The notes beneath the pieces are model-generated. The model had not been told where the DNA came from. It was given only the letters and a program-made list of their open reading frames with translations, and did not search any database. Positions 1-8,180 of a stretch of 64,000 nt of DNA are shown here, piece after piece. The position numbers and the translations under genes are program-made. This DNA is from Lachnospiraceae bacterium (GTDB lineage Bacteria; Bacillota; Clostridia; Lachnospirales; Lachnospiraceae). The stretch is from NCBI GenBank assembly GCA_031555415.1, contig JAVBUL010000047.1:28497-92496 (forward strand), in the 5' to 3' direction. Position 1 is the stretch's first letter, and the number at the start of each line of letters is the position of its first letter.

Positions 1-408
1 AAATTGTATGAGCGTATAAACAATTTAGATGTAATTGATGAATCAAAGAAGTATGAGTTGTTGACGATATTGGATGGTGCACCAAAGCATCGAAAGGTTT
101 GTCATGGCGACTTTACACCTCAAAATATAATTATATCAAGTAAAGATGGAAAGCCATATATTATTGACTGGAATCATGCAACGATAGGGAATGCAAGTGC
201 AGATGTTGCAAGAAGTTATTTATGGTTATCTTTATACAAGCCTGATTTGGCAGATAAATATATAGATAGTTTTTGTGATAAAACAAAGACAGATAAAATG
301 TACGTTCAAAGATGGTTACCGGTTGTAGCAGCTGCAAGATTAGAAAAGAATATAGCAGAAGAAAAAGAACTTATAATGAAGTGGATTGATGTTTTTGAAT
401 ATGAGTAG
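1..408 (+). CDS. Aminoglycoside phosphotransferase/kinase-like protein, C-terminal part (5' end outside window)
   Basis: Brenner motif CHGDFTPQNII and IIDW; frame is open from base 1. Confidence 0.75.
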   Translation, partial: KLYERINNLDVIDESKKYELLTILDGAPKHRKVCHGDFTPQNIIISSKDGKPYIIDWNHATIGNASADVARSYLWLSLYKPDLADKYIDSFCDKTKTDKMYVQRWLPVVAAARLEKNIAEEKELIMKWIDVFEYE

Positions 409-450
409 AATATCACAAAGTTAGTATTTATAAATTGAATAAAGTATAAG

Positions 451-495
451 TAAATCAAAATTCTCGCCATTTATTTGGGCGAGAATTTTGATTTA
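451..495. terminator. Bidirectional intrinsic terminator
   Basis: Perfect 18-bp inverted repeat TAAATCAAAATTCTCGCC / GGCGAGAATTTTGATTTA with 9-nt loop, between convergent genes. Confidence 0.85.
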
Positions 496-498
496 GAG

Positions 499-1569
499 TT
501 ATTTTGCTTTAATTATGTTTTTAATTAATGAAATGATAGTGCCAATAGAATCGCTAATCGGTGATTCGGACATGGCTTCAATATAGTCATTTCTATTGTT
601 ATATACCCTGTTTATTGTTTTCATCAATAACTCAGGTGTAATGGTTTCTTCATCAAGAACTTCACTGAAACCTTGTTTTTTAAAGGATTTTGCATTAAGT
701 ATTTGATCTCCACGACTGGCTTTTGCAGAAAGTGGAATCAATATATTAGGTTTTTTAAGTGCAAGAATTTCACAAATGGCATTAGCACCGGCTCTAGAGA
801 TGATGAGGTCTGACATTGCAAATAAATCCTTTAATTCTTCTTTTATATATTCAAATTGCTTATAGCCGGAAATGTTATTTAAAGATGTATCTGTTTTTCC
901 CTTGCCACAGAGATGAACCAATTGGTAATCCTTAAGTATAGGCATTAAGCAGGCACGTACAGCATCATTTACGGCATTTGCACCAAGACTCCCGCCAATC
1001 ACCATAACAACTGGTTTATTCGCAGTAAACCCGCACAAATCAAGACCAGTTATTTTATTTCCCTTAAGAAGTTCCTTACGAATAGGAGATCCTGTTAAAA
1101 CAGCCTTGCCATCCGGTAAAAGCTCTTTTGTTTCAGGAAAATTGTGACATACTTTAGTTGCATAAGGAATAGATATTTTATTTGCCAAACCTGGTGTCAT
1201 ATCAGATTCGTGTATGATAATTGGAACTTTATACTTTTTTGCGGCTAATACAACAGGAACACTTACAAAACCACCCTTTGAAAAGAGAATATCAGGTTTA
1301 TATGATTTAACAAATTTTTTTGCTTCACTATAGCCTTTAATAACTCTAAAGGGATCTGTGAAATTTTTTACAGACATATAGCGTCTTAACTTACCTGAAG
1401 ATATTCCGACGTAATCAATACCTTCATCTTCAATTAGCTTTCGTTCAATACCGTCGTAAGAACCAATATATTTAATATCATAATCCAGTTCACGAAGAGA
1501 AGGTAATAATGCTATATTGGGTGTGACATGACCAGCAGTCCCGCCACCGGTTAATAATATTTTAGCCAT
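499..1569 (-). CDS. murG: Undecaprenyl-PP-MurNAc-pentapeptide GlcNAc transferase MurG
   Basis: GGGTAGHV, HESD, GGSLGA, SRAGA and DQILNA motifs; 356 aa. Confidence 0.95.
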   Translation of the reverse strand: MAKILLTGGGTAGHVTPNIALLPSLRELDYDIKYIGSYDGIERKLIEDEGIDYVGISSGKLRRYMSVKNFTDPFRVIKGYSEAKKFVKSYKPDILFSKGGFVSVPVVLAAKKYKVPIIIHESDMTPGLANKISIPYATKVCHNFPETKELLPDGKAVLTGSPIRKELLKGNKITGLDLCGFTANKPVVMVIGGSLGANAVNDAVRACLMPILKDYQLVHLCGKGKTDTSLNNISGYKQFEYIKEELKDLFAMSDLIISRAGANAICEILALKKPNILIPLSAKASRGDQILNAKSFKKQGFSEVLDEETITPELLMKTINRVYNNRNDYIEAMSESPISDSIGTIISLIKNIIKAK

Positions 1570-1586
1570 ATACTAATCCTTTCTGT

Positions 1587-2003
1587 TTATAGAAGTTCAT
1601 TTATTGCAACTATAAAATTCTTTACATCATCTGAATCAAGTGACCCAGAACTCCATGAAATCTGAACATTATCACTTTTATAACGAGGTATCAAGTGAAT
1701 ATGAAAATGAAATACTGTTTGCCCAGCAACTTCACCATTATTTTGAAGAATATTGAAACCATCACATTTGCATACTTTCATCATTGCAGATGCTACTTTC
1801 TTTGCAACAACAAGAGCCTTAGAGGCTGTTTCTGTATCTAAATCAAATAGATTTAGATAATGTTCTTTAGGTAGCAAAATAGCGTGTCCTTTTGTAGCAG
1901 GAGAAAGGTCAAGAATAACGCGAAAATCGTTGTCCTCATATATGGTATTTGTAGGAATATCTCCATTTGCTATTTTGCAAAAAATACAATTATTATCTTT
2001 CAT
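1587..2003 (-). CDS. HIT family nucleotide hydrolase
   Basis: N-terminal CIFCKI and histidine triad HFHIH. Confidence 0.93.
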   Translation of the reverse strand: MKDNNCIFCKIANGDIPTNTIYEDNDFRVILDLSPATKGHAILLPKEHYLNLFDLDTETASKALVVAKKVASAMMKVCKCDGFNILQNNGEVAGQTVFHFHIHLIPRYKSDNVQISWSSGSLDSDDVKNFIVAINELL

Positions 2004-2037
2004 ATTATACTTATGTAGGTCCTTTCAATAAAATACT

Positions 2038-2100
2038 TAATTACATTAAAAATAATTACATTAAAAAATTTAATTACATTAAAAAATTTAATTACATTAA
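2038..2100. repeat. Short tandem repeat, core TAATTACATTAA x4
   Basis: Copies at 2038, 2053, 2071 and 2089 (periods 15, 18, 18) in the divergent HIT/kinase intergenic region. Confidence 0.9.
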
Positions 2101-2215
2101 ATTACTTGGTTATATTAAAATAATAAGCCTATCTTTATATTTTACTATCTCAAAAAAAATAGTAAAGAGCAAAAAAAATATATTTTTATTGCTATAGAAA
2201 TATAATAACATATCA

Positions 2216-2222
2216 TGTCGAA
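2216..2222 (+). promoter_or_regulatory. Putative Spo0A box (TGTCGAA)
   Basis: Exact match to the TGNCGAA consensus upstream of the orphan kinase; only a 7-mer. Confidence 0.4.
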
Positions 2223-2330
2223 AAAAGTAATATGAAAATAATTGAAAAGACAGTTAATATTTGATAGACTTGTCTTATAGGTAATGATAAAAAAGAAAGG
2301 GAGCCTAAAACGAAATACATAGGCATAAAA

Positions 2331-3041
2331 ATGAGAGAAGATAATTTAGTTGAATTAACAAAAAAGGAATTACTTGATGAGAATAGGTCACTTCATGGAA
2401 CATTGAGATATGTATCTCATGAATTACTTAATGTTTTAACATTAGTTAATTATTCTGTTCAGGCAGTGAATGTATCTGAAGAAAGTATAAAAGAGAATAA
2501 ATATTGGAATTATATCGTAGATGATGTTGATTATATGATAAAACTTTTAAGAGAGTTGTCAGAGTATAATCATAGTGGAGAAATATCAAAAATGCCACTA
2601 GATCTAACAAAAATGATAAGTTCATTAGTTGATGAGATGAGTTTAAAATATGGCCATATAGCAAATATAAAAATAAAAAGTAGCCAAAATCCTTACATAG
2701 TGATGTGCGATGGTATAAAAATAAGACAAGTTATTATAAACATAGTTAAAAATGCGGTTGAGGCTATGGAAAAGAAAGAAGAAAAGGGGAATATAATTAT
2801 ACACTTAAAGAAACTAAAAAAGTGGATAACTATTAAGATCGAAGACGATGGATGTGGAATAGATGAAAAAATTGTCGAAAAAATATTTGAAGAGGGAGTA
2901 ACAATGGGGAAAGAAGAAGGCTCAGGCTCAGGCTTGGGGTTGGCAATATCCAAAAAGATAATAGAGTCACATGGAGGAATGTTATCAGTAAAGTCAGAAT
3001 TAGATAAAGGAAGTATGTTTGTAATAAAAATTCCATGCTAA
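2331..3041 (+). CDS. Orphan cytoplasmic histidine kinase (HisKA + HATPase_c, no sensor domain)
   Basis: H-box SHELLN, N-box NIVKNAVEA, G1 DDGCG, G2 GSGLGL; 236 aa with no TM segment. Confidence 0.88.
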   Translation: MREDNLVELTKKELLDENRSLHGTLRYVSHELLNVLTLVNYSVQAVNVSEESIKENKYWNYIVDDVDYMIKLLRELSEYNHSGEISKMPLDLTKMISSLVDEMSLKYGHIANIKIKSSQNPYIVMCDGIKIRQVIINIVKNAVEAMEKKEEKGNIIIHLKKLKKWITIKIEDDGCGIDEKIVEKIFEEGVTMGKEEGSGSGLGLAISKKIIESHGGMLSVKSELDKGSMFVIKIPC

Positions 3042-3077
3042 AACGTCTCGTCGTTTGCCAGACGTCTTAGCATGGAA
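3031..3077. terminator. Bidirectional terminator hairpin
   Basis: TTCCATGCTAA-AACGTCT ... AGACGT-C-TTAGCATGGAA between convergent genes. Confidence 0.7.
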
Positions 3078-3091
3078 ATAAATTTATTATA

Positions 3092-4078
3092 TTAGAAACT
3101 AAATATTTGGTCGAGCATTCTAAGAGTTTTGAAATTGCCCTTTGCAGTCATTTCGCCAGTCATAAAAGCTCGTTGAAATGATAGACGTCCCTTTGTAATG
3201 TTATCAAGTGTATCATGGTTTAATTTTGCGGTAATATCAGCATCGGTTTGATTTTCATATTTTATATAAAGTTCCTTATTTTCAACTTTTATAAAAAGCT
3301 GTTTCTTTTTATCTTCAATTATCAAAAGGTATGAAGCTCTAAAATCATCAGGAGGAACAAAGTGATTGGTAAAAGATTTGATAAACTCTGTTTCTACGTC
3401 TGTTCCGGACATACTTAAAATTCCTTTAAAGTAAGAGGCTAGTTCTTCTATATCTTCTTTTTGTTGCTTTACATAAATATCATCAGATATATATTTTGAT
3501 AGTTGTTCACCTTCTTGAGGGGTAAGCTCTAGGGAGTCCTTAATAAGAGTTTGCTTGATGGCAATACTGCTTGAAGGTAATGTTGTTAGTTTTTGAGAGA
3601 TACTTCTATAAATATTCTCTGCATACTTATCTATATTTGAGGCATAAGTAGTGTTAGATTCAAAGTCAACAGAATCTTCAACATATGCAGAAAAGCCATT
3701 ACAAGTTTTTCCACCAAGTAATTCCCAAGCATTTGTAAGCGAAAGTAGTGCTTCTTTTTCGCCATAAGTTGTAGAGATGGCTACAGGAATCATATACAAA
3801 TCGCTAATTTTATTTTTATCGCCATAAAGCCAGCAAGAATCCAGAAAAAGCTGCATATAGCCACCAATACCATGCCATTCAATACTTGATGCTAAAATTA
3901 TTCCGTCAGCATCCTTGAGTGTTTGAGGTAAAGTCATGATAGTGTTACGTGTTTCAAATAAATTATATCTAGTTACATTTACACGTAATTCTTCAAGAAC
4001 AGTTTCTATTTTTTTCAATACATATAATGTAGGGTCCTCTATAACGCCCCTGCCACCATAGTAAATATTAATATTCAT
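3092..4078 (-). CDS. Flavodoxin/FMN-reductase-like N-terminal domain fused to an SCP2 sterol/lipid-binding domain
   Basis: N-terminal ADGIILASSIEW...MQLFLD flavoprotein-like motif; C-terminal AFMTGEMTAKGN SCP2 signature. Confidence 0.7.
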   Translation of the reverse strand: MNINIYYGGRGVIEDPTLYVLKKIETVLEELRVNVTRYNLFETRNTIMTLPQTLKDADGIILASSIEWHGIGGYMQLFLDSCWLYGDKNKISDLYMIPVAISTTYGEKEALLSLTNAWELLGGKTCNGFSAYVEDSVDFESNTTYASNIDKYAENIYRSISQKLTTLPSSSIAIKQTLIKDSLELTPQEGEQLSKYISDDIYVKQQKEDIEELASYFKGILSMSGTDVETEFIKSFTNHFVPPDDFRASYLLIIEDKKKQLFIKVENKELYIKYENQTDADITAKLNHDTLDNITKGRLSFQRAFMTGEMTAKGNFKTLRMLDQIFSF

Positions 4079-4126
4079 TAAATTTAGTTCTCCAATCTAG
4101 CACTTTTGTATACGAATATACTATAG

Positions 4127-5143
4127 TCATTTTAATATATTTTTTGTACATAAGCAAGAAATAAAAGTAAGAATTATGCCGAACATTAATCCACCAATGT
4201 GGGCCATATTATCAATGGCAAAGCTACTATACCCATTTGCAATGCTAAGTATTATTATTATAAATATATTTATTGGCTTAATATTGCGCCTTGATTCTTT
4301 CATTAATAAGGTAATTACTAAAAGGGAGCCAAGAATTCCAAATATGGCACCTGAAGCACCGGCGGAAACAACATTTGCATCTGTGTTCATGTTATATATA
4401 GCTGAAATAAATCCCGCACCTATTCCACTAAGTAAATAAATAGTGGAAAATCTTATGTGTCCAATACGATGTTCAACTTCTATGCCTATAAAGGCAAGGG
4501 TAATCATATTGTTTAGTAAATGTTCGGAGCCAAAATGCATGAACATACTGGTTACTAATCTATAGTATTCTCCGTTTTCAAATATATATCTCCAATTTGA
4601 GGCACCATGTTCTAACATATAGTATGAATTATTAGTATCTCCTGAAAATTCCTGAATTAGAAATATTAGTATATTAATTGCAATTAGTAGAATAGTGATA
4701 AATGGAAAAGAGGTTTTAAATGAAAAAGCTCTTTTTTTTGCAGGGATTTGATTGAAGATATTTTCAAAGCTACTGCGAAAATTGAAAATGTCATAAGGTT
4801 GATTATCATAAACGATAATTCTGTTTAGCAGAGTATCAACCAGCCAAAATGAAATTTCACTATTACCAATGGCTTTATCACGATTAATATCATTTGTAAG
4901 AATAATATAAAAAGAATTAAAATTACGATATCCGCTAAAAATAAATTTTCGTTCTACTTCATTATAAATTGCTTTAAGCCTATTTGACGAGTAAATTGAA
5001 TTTCCAGTATTATCAGCGAGTATACAAATATCCATACTATCAGTTGAAGTAGGGCGCAGAAAAATAGCTATATCAGGCTGATTGCAGCCCAAATAACGAA
5101 ATCCCTTACCTAGTATCTGTTTAATAAACTCTTTAATAATCAT
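4127..5143 (-). CDS. Rhomboid family intramembrane serine protease
   Basis: YYRLVTSMFMH, HLLNNM, GASG catalytic Ser and AHIGG catalytic His; soluble N-terminal domain. Confidence 0.92.
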   Translation of the reverse strand: MIIKEFIKQILGKGFRYLGCNQPDIAIFLRPTSTDSMDICILADNTGNSIYSSNRLKAIYNEVERKFIFSGYRNFNSFYIILTNDINRDKAIGNSEISFWLVDTLLNRIIVYDNQPYDIFNFRSSFENIFNQIPAKKRAFSFKTSFPFITILLIAINILIFLIQEFSGDTNNSYYMLEHGASNWRYIFENGEYYRLVTSMFMHFGSEHLLNNMITLAFIGIEVEHRIGHIRFSTIYLLSGIGAGFISAIYNMNTDANVVSAGASGAIFGILGSLLVITLLMKESRRNIKPINIFIIIILSIANGYSSFAIDNMAHIGGLMFGIILTFISCLCTKNILK

Positions 5144-5206
5144 AGATATCTCCTAATTTAAAACTCTCTAACAATATATAAAGTATAACATCATATAAAA
5201 TCTTTT

Positions 5207-6322
5207 TCAATATAGTTTAAAAAGATAAGAAAGGTGGGAAAAAGTGACACAGTCACCGTCTTTTAAAATATTAACCGAATGTGGATAGAGTAATGTGCTA
5301 TTTAAGTATGTTCCATTAGAGGAATTCATATCTTCGATATAATACTCATCCTCTCTATGGTAAATTCTAGCATGAATTCTACTTATCATCGGATTTTCAA
5401 TTATCATATCAACGTTATCTTGAATTTTGCCGATTGTAAAAGGAAAGCGAGTTATTATTATATCAGAAGAAAAGTCGGCACCAGAGTAAACCAAATGAGG
5501 AACAGAGGCGTTAGGTGATTGTGAAAGCGGCATAGTATCACCAATAGTAGTAATATTATCAGTAATGTATGAGCTATTATCGATATTATCATCCTCAGAT
5601 ACAATAGTTTTCTTTTTGAAAATTGAGCGTAAATATTTTATAGGTGAATCAAGAATAGAATTTTTAAAAATCTCGTTTGCATTTTCTTCGAAAATCATAT
5701 CATTTAAATTGTTAGAAGAAGAATTCTCATATATATTATATGCAATTTCCTGCTTTGTTGTATCATCAAAACTATTATTAATTACTTCGAAAATAGTATT
5801 AACATTAAAATCATCACTTAAACTTAGATGTTGTATTTTATAAGCAGCAACTACACAATGGTTATCATTATGATCGAGTTTTGTCAGTATATAACAGAGT
5901 AAATCTCTAAAGTTATCTAGAAAAGTAGAATCTTTAGGAGATGAACAAGGACAAAAGCAAAAAAATGGGGTTTTAGTTTCAGGATTAATATAAATTAATT
6001 CAGGAGATAGCAATATGTACTTGGGTTCTAGTAAAAATTCTTCAATTGTTTCGCATACAGAAATTAGCCCGATCATAATACCTTTAAACAGTTCAAAACC
6101 GATTTGAGTATTTTGTGTTAAAGAACTTAAAGCATGTTTTGAACTAATATCATATACAAGATATGGTACATTATTTATATATTGTAATTCAGTAAAAAGT
6201 AATCCAGTAATAATATTATTAACAAGCATTTTAGTCCTAAAAGTTTGAATAAATTCAATGTTCTCAAAATCAGATAAGATAACATAGTTTTTTGATAAAT
6301 TTTTTTTATATGTAATATTCAT
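5207..6322 (-). CDS. DUF6382-like (pseudokinase-like) domain plus C-terminal FHA domain protein, Tad-associated
   Basis: FHA motifs FTIGK, ISRIHA, DMNSSNGTYLN; last gene of the Tad cluster. Confidence 0.8.
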   Translation of the reverse strand: MNITYKKNLSKNYVILSDFENIEFIQTFRTKMLVNNIITGLLFTELQYINNVPYLVYDISSKHALSSLTQNTQIGFELFKGIMIGLISVCETIEEFLLEPKYILLSPELIYINPETKTPFFCFCPCSSPKDSTFLDNFRDLLCYILTKLDHNDNHCVVAAYKIQHLSLSDDFNVNTIFEVINNSFDDTTKQEIAYNIYENSSSNNLNDMIFEENANEIFKNSILDSPIKYLRSIFKKKTIVSEDDNIDNSSYITDNITTIGDTMPLSQSPNASVPHLVYSGADFSSDIIITRFPFTIGKIQDNVDMIIENPMISRIHARIYHREDEYYIEDMNSSNGTYLNSTLLYPHSVNILKDGDCVTFSHLSYLFKLY

Positions 6323-6361
6323 AAATGCATCTAAGGCTTCCTTTCGTTTAAATTTATTTAT

Positions 6362-6751
6362 TTATTTATCGTTTGATAGAATAATAAGTTTTCTTATACT
6401 ATCGCAGCGTTCATAGTTCGAAAAAAATACAGAATTTAGTTCCTCGTTTGTAATATGGGAATATAATACAGAATCATTTAATGATGTGGATAATACTACA
6501 GAACGTTTAAGTAGGCAGACACTATCTAGAGTGGATAAAATATCTGATTTAGTGATAGGTTCGTTTGGATTATAATAACTATTTTCTAGATTACATGCTT
6601 GATGCGTTAGTAATCTATATTGTGTTGATTTTGAAATAACAAGATCATGCAAATTCATTGTAAAAATAATTGCAGCAGCAGTTATTAAAAAAATAAAGGG
6701 AAATAAGTAAGAGGCTTCAATAGTTATGGAAGCAGTAAGGTTTTTGTTCAT
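6362..6751 (-). CDS. TadE-like minor pilin
   Basis: Prepilin-like motif A|SITIEA followed by a hydrophobic helix. Confidence 0.7.
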   Translation of the reverse strand: MNKNLTASITIEASYLFPFIFLITAAAIIFTMNLHDLVISKSTQYRLLTHQACNLENSYYNPNEPITKSDILSTLDSVCLLKRSVVLSTSLNDSVLYSHITNEELNSVFFSNYERCDSIRKLIILSNDK

Positions 6752-6766
6752 TTGAAATAATCTCCT

Positions 6767-7201
6767 TTATGTTATTAGGACCAAAGAGTATCCAAAGAGT
6801 AGAAAGGGTGCAAAGGGAATAATGGTTTTTCTTTTACGAGTGACAATAAGTTTATATAAAGCATAGAAAGATGTGAGTAAAAGTCCGTAAAACAACATAG
6901 ATATATTGTTAGCAAAAGATAAAAAAGTACCAGTGGTGACAAAAATCATACCATCACCAACACCAATCATATTATGAGATATTATTGATAAAAGAATTAA
7001 AAAGATGCCAATAGATATACTTATAATAAACGAAAAGAAAGAGGCTTTAGGAATGAAAAGGACAAATCTAAAAATACAGCCAATAAGAGAGCAAACTATA
7101 CTTAAAGGTAAACTAATAGTCATATTTCGAATATCCGTATATGAGCATAGGACTAAGTAGATAACTAAAATAGCAATATGTAATATTTTTAAAATAAGCA
7201 T
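6767..7201 (-). CDS. Prepilin peptidase, A24 family (TadV/CpaA-like)
   Basis: YTDIR and GVGDG catalytic Asp motifs, IPFAPF C-terminal motif, multiple TM segments. Confidence 0.85.
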   Translation of the reverse strand: MLILKILHIAILVIYLVLCSYTDIRNMTISLPLSIVCSLIGCIFRFVLFIPKASFFSFIISISIGIFLILLSIISHNMIGVGDGMIFVTTGTFLSFANNISMLFYGLLLTSFYALYKLIVTRKRKTIIPFAPFLLFGYSLVLIT

Positions 7202-8116
7202 TTATTCGTTACCTATTCCTTTCTGACATCTAGAACAAAGGGGTAAGGTTTCTGGTAAAGTGCTCTTAAGAACCTTATATGCGTTGGCATTTAAATAGAA
7301 ACAGTTAAGGTCAAAATGATAAACGTTACTTTCAATACATAAAAATACATTAGAATCATTAAAGTTCCTAGAAATAGCACAACTATGGCATGGTGAATAG
7401 TTTATTTCAGCTCCCTTATCAATATTATCAACAAAAGACATGGGGTAAATATCAAAATAACTACGAAGGTAGCTACAGTACATGCTGTTATGATAAACAC
7501 TTCCGGAAGAAGTGACATATACATATTCGTCATGTTCTCCAATGTTTTGAGAAATATCTTCACCTATAAAGGGATAAAAGTATAAATTCTGGCACATAGG
7601 GATATTTATTGGTGAAGGTAAAAATGGTAATGATATGCTATAACGAATAGAGAAGTTAATGCCATTATTTGATGAAGTTAAATATGAACCTAAGAAACTT
7701 AGACCGGATGAGCCATTTACCACATAAGAACTATCCAAAGTGTTTCTCATTTCAGAAGAAAGAAAATTTTCTTGAAGAAGTAAATGATTAGTGCTTGAAA
7801 GACTTAGAGAATCAGTTGCATAGGCAATGGAACTGGTCTGCCTTGCAGATTCTTCCATACCTATTTGAATAGTATTAAACAACCCAAGTATATTTATTAT
7901 ATAGATTATGGCACATAGACAAAGGATATATAAAGGGAGAAGTAACGTTGCTTCAAATGTGAGAGAAGCTTTTAAATCAAGGGAGAAAAAGAATGTTCTC
8001 CAACCATAACATACCTGACTTGGTTTAGATGGTTGTTTTTTTGAAATTTTATTGAAGTTGTATGACCTGATCGCATGGAGAATTAATTTATTTTTTTTAG
8101 TTATGGTAGAGAACAT
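7202..8116 (-). CDS. TadE-like pseudopilin with ~50-aa leader and C-terminal Cys/His-rich (zinc-finger-like) domain
   Basis: KA|SLTFEA prepilin motif at about residue 50 followed by a TM helix; C-terminal YH..C, CxxC, YH..C, CxxC. Confidence 0.75.
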   Translation of the reverse strand: MFSTITKKNKLILHAIRSYNFNKISKKQPSKPSQVCYGWRTFFFSLDLKASLTFEATLLLPLYILCLCAIIYIINILGLFNTIQIGMEESARQTSSIAYATDSLSLSSTNHLLLQENFLSSEMRNTLDSSYVVNGSSGLSFLGSYLTSSNNGINFSIRYSISLPFLPSPINIPMCQNLYFYPFIGEDISQNIGEHDEYVYVTSSGSVYHNSMYCSYLRSYFDIYPMSFVDNIDKGAEINYSPCHSCAISRNFNDSNVFLCIESNVYHFDLNCFYLNANAYKVLKSTLPETLPLCSRCQKGIGNE

Positions 8117-8130
8117 TCTTTTTCCCCCTT
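7979..8130 (-). promoter_or_regulatory. Candidate cis-regulatory mRNA hairpin sequestering the SD and AUG of the tadE-like gene
   Basis: Arms 8130-8100 and 8010-7979 pair over 31 bp with two G-U pairs and one bulge on the mRNA strand; 89-nt loop. Confidence 0.75.
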
Positions 8131-8180
8131 TCTATTTGTTTTATATAGTAGTTCACAATAGTTCACTGACGAACGAACTA

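Noticed and set aside
2038-2100. Possible mini CRISPR array, and the ORF 1967-2197 spanning it
   Set aside because: Units are contiguous with no unique spacers; the ORF (NYIKKF repeats) is a by-product of the repeat and overlaps the HIT gene.
7979-8130. Invertible DNA phase-variation switch
   Set aside because: Disfavoured but not excluded: no recombinase gene in the window, and the arm mismatches are G-U compatible only on the mRNA strand. Inversion would introduce stop codons, so reads should still be checked for both orientations.
7980-8180. 6S RNA, hammerhead ribozyme or c-di-GMP riboswitch
   Set aside because: I could not match the conserved cores of these families by eye; a cmscan against Rfam is needed.
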